A stretch of DNA of 64,000 nucleotides. Origin: a bacterium. Its GTDB lineage: Bacteria; Patescibacteriota; Dojkabacteria; JAKAPS01. Position 1 is the first letter of the stretch; every line of letters begins with the position of its first letter. A model generated the notes under the pieces. The model saw only the letters and a list, made by a program, of their open reading frames with translations. It had not been told where the DNA came from and searched no databases. Both the position numbers and the translations under genes were made by a program. Of the stretch, positions 59,789 through 64,000 are shown piece by piece. The stretch covers positions 10,553 through 74,552 of the forward strand of contig JAKAPS010000003.1 of assembly GCA_021806925.1 (NCBI GenBank), given 5' to 3'.

Positions 59789-60220
59789 ATGGCAAAGAAA
59801 GAATCAGAAGCTAAAGCAAAAAAAGAAGTTAAGATTGTTAAACATGCTAATGTAAAGAAAAGTAAAAAGAATGTACCAAAAGGTTATATGTATATTTCTT
59901 CTACTTTTAATAATACAATCTGTTCTATTACTGACACCGAAGGAAATGTGATTGCAAATTCTTCAGGTGGTGTAGTTGGATTTAAAGGGACAAGGAAAAA
60001 GACTCCTTACGCTGCATCTAAAGCTTCAGAGGATGTAATAAACAAAGCTATTAAAATGGGTTTAAAAGAGGTTGATATTTTTCTGAAAGGTGCAGGACCA
60101 GGTAGGCAATTAGCAGTAAAAGCAGTAAGAACTAGTGGTATAAAGGTCTTATCACTGGTAGATGCTACAAAAATCCCACATAATGGGTGTAGACCTAAAA
60201 AGAAACCAAGAAAATCATGA
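59789..60220 (+). CDS. rpsK: 30S ribosomal protein S11
   Basis: STFNNT, TPYAA, KGAGPGR and PHNGCRP motifs. Confidence 0.98.
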   Translation: MAKKESEAKAKKEVKIVKHANVKKSKKNVPKGYMYISSTFNNTICSITDTEGNVIANSSGGVVGFKGTRKKTPYAASKASEDVINKAIKMGLKEVDIFLKGAGPGRQLAVKAVRTSGIKVLSLVDATKIPHNGCRPKKKPRKS

Positions 60221-60906
60221 TTAATAAAATTAATACTAAAGTTAAGGTTATTCAGATGAGCGATTTCAATGGAGTATTTGAAATCTCTCCTTTAGAAAAA
60301 GGGTTTGCAGCTACATTAGCTACAATGTTAAGAAGAGTTCTTCTTACATCAATTTCTGGTGCTGCAGTAACTGGTGTTAGGGTACATGGTGCAAAGCATG
60401 AATACACAACACTTGATGGAGTGGAAGAAGATGTTCTCAGAATAATATTGAATCTAAAATTATTGAAATTGAGAATGTTTACAGATGAGCCTCAAACATT
60501 GTTTCTTAATATTAAGAAGGCTGGTAGTGTAACTGCAGGAGATATTGAACAGAATTCAAATGTTGAGGTATTAAATCCTGAGTTAGTTATAGCAAACTTG
60601 GCAGATAGTAATTCATCGCTAAGTATGGAAATAATTGTTGAAAAGGGGTCTGGATATAGATATGTTGATAATGAGAAAAGGTCCGAAGAAATCGGATTCA
60701 TTCCTTTAGATGCAACATTCTCACCTATAGCGAAGGTCGCTACTGAAATTTCTTCAGCTAGGGTTGGTGCAGATGTTGATTACGATAAACTTACGATTAC
60801 TATTGATACAAAATCAATTTTACCTAATGAAGCAATTATTGAATCACTAGAAATTCTTGGTGATTTCACAAAAATTATTCTTGATTTATTTAAAAATGAG
60901 GCATAA
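60217..60906 (+). CDS. rpoA: RNA polymerase alpha subunit, N-terminal domain only
   Basis: PLEKGF..TL...LRRVLL, HEY..L.GV.EDV, DATFSP and DYDKL motifs; ends at 229 aa. Confidence 0.96.
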   Translation: MINKINTKVKVIQMSDFNGVFEISPLEKGFAATLATMLRRVLLTSISGAAVTGVRVHGAKHEYTTLDGVEEDVLRIILNLKLLKLRMFTDEPQTLFLNIKKAGSVTAGDIEQNSNVEVLNPELVIANLADSNSSLSMEIIVEKGSGYRYVDNEKRSEEIGFIPLDATFSPIAKVATEISSARVGADVDYDKLTITIDTKSILPNEAIIESLEILGDFTKIILDLFKNEA

Positions 60907-61258
60907 AGTAAAAAAAACATTTGTTAGTGGTTCAAAGGCTCACAGAAAGAGTTTGTTGAAAAATTTAGCAGCATCTCTTATTGTTCATGAGAGTATATAT
61001 ACAACATTGACTAAGTCTAAAGCATTAAAGTCATATGTTGATAAATTGATTACAATATCAAAAAGAACTGATTTGACTCAATTCAACAAAATTAGGATGT
61101 TAAACACTAAGCTTTATGATGAGCTTGCTGTAAAAAAGCTAATAGATGTGTTGTCATTGAAATTTAAAGATAGAAGTAGTGGATATACTAGTACATTAAA
61201 AGTTGACACAAGAAAAGGCGATAGTGCAAAATTAGTGAAAATATATTTTGTATCATAA
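60896..61258 (+). CDS. rplQ: 50S ribosomal protein L17
   Basis: MRHK start at 60896; TT..K.K.L, R.SGYT and RKGD.A motifs. Confidence 0.96.
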   Translation: MRHKVKKTFVSGSKAHRKSLLKNLAASLIVHESIYTTLTKSKALKSYVDKLITISKRTDLTQFNKIRMLNTKLYDELAVKKLIDVLSLKFKDRSSGYTSTLKVDTRKGDSAKLVKIYFVS

Positions 61259-61282
61259 ATATAGTTAATTAGAATAGAAATT

Positions 61283-61729
61283 ATGAATAATAAAACACCA
61301 ACATTAAAATTATCCAAAGGTAAAGTTACTGAAACTCCATGGGTTTTGGTTGATGCTACTGGCATTACAATCGGAAAACTATCTACATTTGTTTCAAGTC
61401 TTTTGATTGGAAAGGATAATCCTAAATTTTCAAATAACATCTTTTGTGGTAAATCTGTTGTTGTTATAAATTCTGATAAATTGAAGATTTCAGAGAAAAA
61501 ATTGAGTAGCAAATTATATTTCTTCTACTCTGGTTTTCCTGGAGGACTAAGAAAAGAGAACCTAGCAAGTATGCTTACCAAGGATTCTACAAATGTAATA
61601 ATGAAATCTGTAAAAGGAATGCTTCCTAAGAATAAGATGGGTTCAGAAATGCTAAGGCATCTTTATGTGTTTAAAGACGAAAAACACGATAAAACGCCTC
61701 AGAGTCCAGTTCTATTAAATATAAATTAA
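61283..61729 (+). CDS. rplM: 50S ribosomal protein L13
   Basis: WVLVDA, SGFPGGL and VKGMLPKN motifs. Confidence 0.97.
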   Translation: MNNKTPTLKLSKGKVTETPWVLVDATGITIGKLSTFVSSLLIGKDNPKFSNNIFCGKSVVVINSDKLKISEKKLSSKLYFFYSGFPGGLRKENLASMLTKDSTNVIMKSVKGMLPKNKMGSEMLRHLYVFKDEKHDKTPQSPVLLNIN

Positions 61730-61732
61730 TTT

Positions 61733-62131
61733 ATGAAAGACAAAAAAAATATAAATCATGCTAAAGGCGGAAGAAAAGTTGCAAAGTGTACAATTAACTT
61801 TATTGAGAATAGTACTGATAAATTAGTAAATGGAAAATCATTAGAAGAATATTTTCGTTTGCCAATGCAACAATACAATATAAATCTTCCATTTGTAGTT
61901 ACAAATACATTAGGTAGATTTGGTTTTAAGGCTAGAGTATCAGGTGGAGGTTTATTTGGTCAAGCTGATGCACTTAAATTGGCAATATCAAGAGTACTTT
62001 CAAAATATTCTGAAGAATACAAAGTGATCCTTTCACATAACGGGTTGCTCATGAGAGACCCAAGAAGTAAGGAAAGAAAGAAAATATTTCTTGATAAAGC
62101 TAGAAAAAGACCACAATATTCAAAGAGATAA
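61733..62131 (+). CDS. rpsI: 30S ribosomal protein S9
   Basis: GGG..GQA.A, RDPR.KERKK and AR..PQYSKR motifs. Confidence 0.98.
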   Translation: MKDKKNINHAKGGRKVAKCTINFIENSTDKLVNGKSLEEYFRLPMQQYNINLPFVVTNTLGRFGFKARVSGGGLFGQADALKLAISRVLSKYSEEYKVILSHNGLLMRDPRSKERKKIFLDKARKRPQYSKR

Positions 62132-62255
62132 TAATATACTTTTATTGTTTTAATTTAAGTATATTTGTATCTTTGAATTGGAATTTGTATAATATTTTTT
62201 GGGAATATAAGTATATCTTATTAATTTAATTGTTTATTCTATATAATTCATGTTC

Positions 62256-62328
62256 CCGAAGGTGGCAGAGCGGTTTATGCGCTGGTCTGTAAAACCAGTT
62301 TATGTAGGTTCGACTCCTACCCTTCGGA
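62256..62328 (+). tRNA. tRNA-Tyr(GTA) with C1:G72 and a short variable loop
   Basis: CCGAAGG/CCTTCGG acceptor stem plus A73; CTGGT-CTGTAAA-ACCAG anticodon arm; 5-nt variable loop; GTAGG-TTCGACT-CCTAC T-arm. Confidence 0.95.
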
Positions 62329-62335
62329 AGCTTCT

Positions 62336-63241
62336 TTATCTATACCTTCTTCTATCAGCAATTCTTTGATATATAATAATGATCTGACTTGCTACAAATA
62401 TACTTGAGTATGTTCCGCTAAATATACCAACTAGTAGTGCTAATGTAAATTCACGTATACTTGAACCTCCTAGTAAGTATAGTGAAAGTAATGTAAGCAA
62501 TACAGTCAATGATGTATTTATAGATCTTGCAAGAGTTTCATAAAGTGACTTGTTTACAACCTCTTCAAATGATAGTGCAAGCTGTTTTTTTAAGTTCTCT
62601 CTAATTCTGTCAAATACAACAATTGTATCATGAACACTAAACCCTATAACTGTCAAAATGGCTGTAACAAAAAGAGAATCTATCCTAACTCCAAAAAGTA
62701 CTCCTAGAACTGAAAATACACCTAGAACTATAAATACATCATGAATCATAGCAAGCACTGCAGATAATCCAAACATAATTGGTGATATTGGCTTAGGCAT
62801 TGTTCTGAATGCATATGCAATAAAAAGAATTATACCCAAGCTAACAAGTGCACCAGATTGTAGTGCGTCAGATTTTATTTGTGAGCTTAGTGTTGCTCCA
62901 ATTATATTGATTGAATCTGGTTGACTAACGCCAAAATACTTATCTAGAGATGATTCAAAAGTGTTTGTTTCTGATTTTGATAAAGGCTTTGTTGTTATTG
63001 TATATGTATTCGCATTTTCAGTTACAGTTAATGGTGAATATTCCTTTGCATATGTATTTGTAATTGAATTTACAGATATATTATTGACTTTATTTTTTGG
63101 AGTATACATAAATTCGGTTCCTCCTGTAAAATCAATAGCTAATTTTAACCCAAATATCGCTAAGAGAATTAAACTTAAAATAAATAGCAGTATTGAGAAG
63201 ATAAGGAAATACTTACCTTGTTTTATAATGTTAAATTTCAT
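62336..63241 (-). CDS. secF: Protein translocase subunit SecF
   Basis: IDFTGG, HDV, GFSVHDTIVVFDRIRE, RSINTS and GTYSSIF motifs. Confidence 0.97.
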   Translation of the reverse strand: MKFNIIKQGKYFLIFSILLFILSLILLAIFGLKLAIDFTGGTEFMYTPKNKVNNISVNSITNTYAKEYSPLTVTENANTYTITTKPLSKSETNTFESSLDKYFGVSQPDSINIIGATLSSQIKSDALQSGALVSLGIILFIAYAFRTMPKPISPIMFGLSAVLAMIHDVFIVLGVFSVLGVLFGVRIDSLFVTAILTVIGFSVHDTIVVFDRIRENLKKQLALSFEEVVNKSLYETLARSINTSLTVLLTLLSLYLLGGSSIREFTLALLVGIFSGTYSSIFVASQIIIIYQRIADRRRYR

Positions 63242-63246
63242 AAATT

Positions 63247-64000
63247 TTAATATATTTTTATTAATCTACCTTTTGTAAATACTCTATTTTCAAATAGATG
63301 TTTTAGTAATGTTCTTGTTATAACAACAGCTGTAAACATACTTACTATGACTCCAATTCCTAGTGTAAGTGCAAATCCTTTTATCTCACTTGTACCAAAT
63401 GAATATAAAATTGCAGTAGTTATTAAAGATGATATATTTGAATCTCTAATTGATGGCCATGCTCTATTAAATCCATTTTCAATTGCACTCTTTATTTCCT
63501 TTCCTTGTCTTAGCTCTTCTTTCAATCTTTCAAATATTAATATATTTGCATCTACTGCCATACCTATTGATAAAATGAACCCAGCAATTCCTGCCAATGT
63601 TAATGTTACTGGTATTATTTTAAATATTGAGAAAACTAGTAGTGTATATATTATAAGTGCAAGATCTGCAAAGAAACCAAATATTCTATAGAAATATATC
63701 ATAAATATAAATACTATAAATATTCCTACTATTCCTGCAATTAAACTTTGTTTCAATGATGTAGCACCTAATGAAGCACTTACATTATTAACCTGTATTA
63801 TTGAGATAGGAACAGGTAGTGCACCTGCATCAAGTTGTGTTACTAGATCTTTAGCTTGAGAAACCGTGAAATTACCCTGAATATATGGGTTATTAACAAC
63901 ACCACCTGCAAGAGATTGCGATATTACTGGACTTGATATAACCTGATTATCTAATAATATATATACTGGTTTGTTTACATTTTCCTTTGCAATTTGGCTA
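63247..64000 (-). CDS. secD: Protein translocase subunit SecD, C-terminal part (truncated by window)
   Basis: AGALPVP, ASLGA, GMAVDANILIFER, IRDSN and KGFALTL motifs; frame extends past the ORF-track start to the window end. Confidence 0.96.
   Translation of the reverse strand, partial: SQIAKENVNKPVYILLDNQVISSPVISQSLAGGVVNNPYIQGNFTVSQAKDLVTQLDAGALPVPISIIQVNNVSASLGATSLKQSLIAGIVGIFIVFIFMIYFYRIFGFFADLALIIYTLLVFSIFKIIPVTLTLAGIAGFILSIGMAVDANILIFERLKEELRQGKEIKSAIENGFNRAWPSIRDSNISSLITTAILYSFGTSEIKGFALTLGIGVIVSMFTAVVITRTLLKHLFENRVFTKGRLIKIY

Noticed and set aside
60857-60895. GTG start for rplQ given by the ORF track
   Set aside because: The conserved MRH start is at 60896
333-63691. Many short ORF-track entries antisense to or overlapping real genes (e.g. 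6658-7119, 10670-11062, 42552-42902, 61114-61512)
   Set aside because: Shadow ORFs of well-supported genes with no motifs of their own
1-64000. CRISPR array, cas genes, integrase/prophage, rRNA, retron or DGR reverse transcriptase
   Set aside because: No regularly spaced repeats and no such protein motifs or rRNA-like sequence seen

Overview
Very AT-rich bacterial chromosome segment using genetic code 11, with most genes lacking Shine-Dalgarno motifs. It is most likely from a Patescibacteria/CPR lineage; this is inferred from the missing rpmD (L30) in the spc cluster, a short RpoA, a C1:G72 V-arm-less tRNA-Tyr, AAA_14/DUF4143 ATPases and pilN/pilO. Positions 35.1-62.1 kb are a core block: rpoB-rpoC, str, S10, spc and alpha clusters, then rplM-rpsI. 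tRNA-Tyr and secF/secD follow it. Positions 1-35 kb are accessory, envelope and scavenging genes. Best leads: (1) a Trp-codon leader-peptide attenuator upstream of trpS; (2) a possible minimal redox locus (FMN-binding protein, signal-less ApbE, an 86-aa HX13H membrane protein, a Rieske-less cytochrome b6-like protein and a two-component system) in a lineage generally thought to lack respiratory chains; (3) a GT-C/GH5 fusion behind a GT2 synthase-like gene; (4) a (GA)n tract filling the 17-bp spacer of a promoter; (5) a CDS whose stop codon lies inside tRNA-Arg(GCG); (6) unusual core machinery, including RNAP active-site substitutions, no alpha-CTD and a SpoU methyltransferase inserted between rplX and rplE. 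All calls come from reading motifs by eye; no database searches were run.
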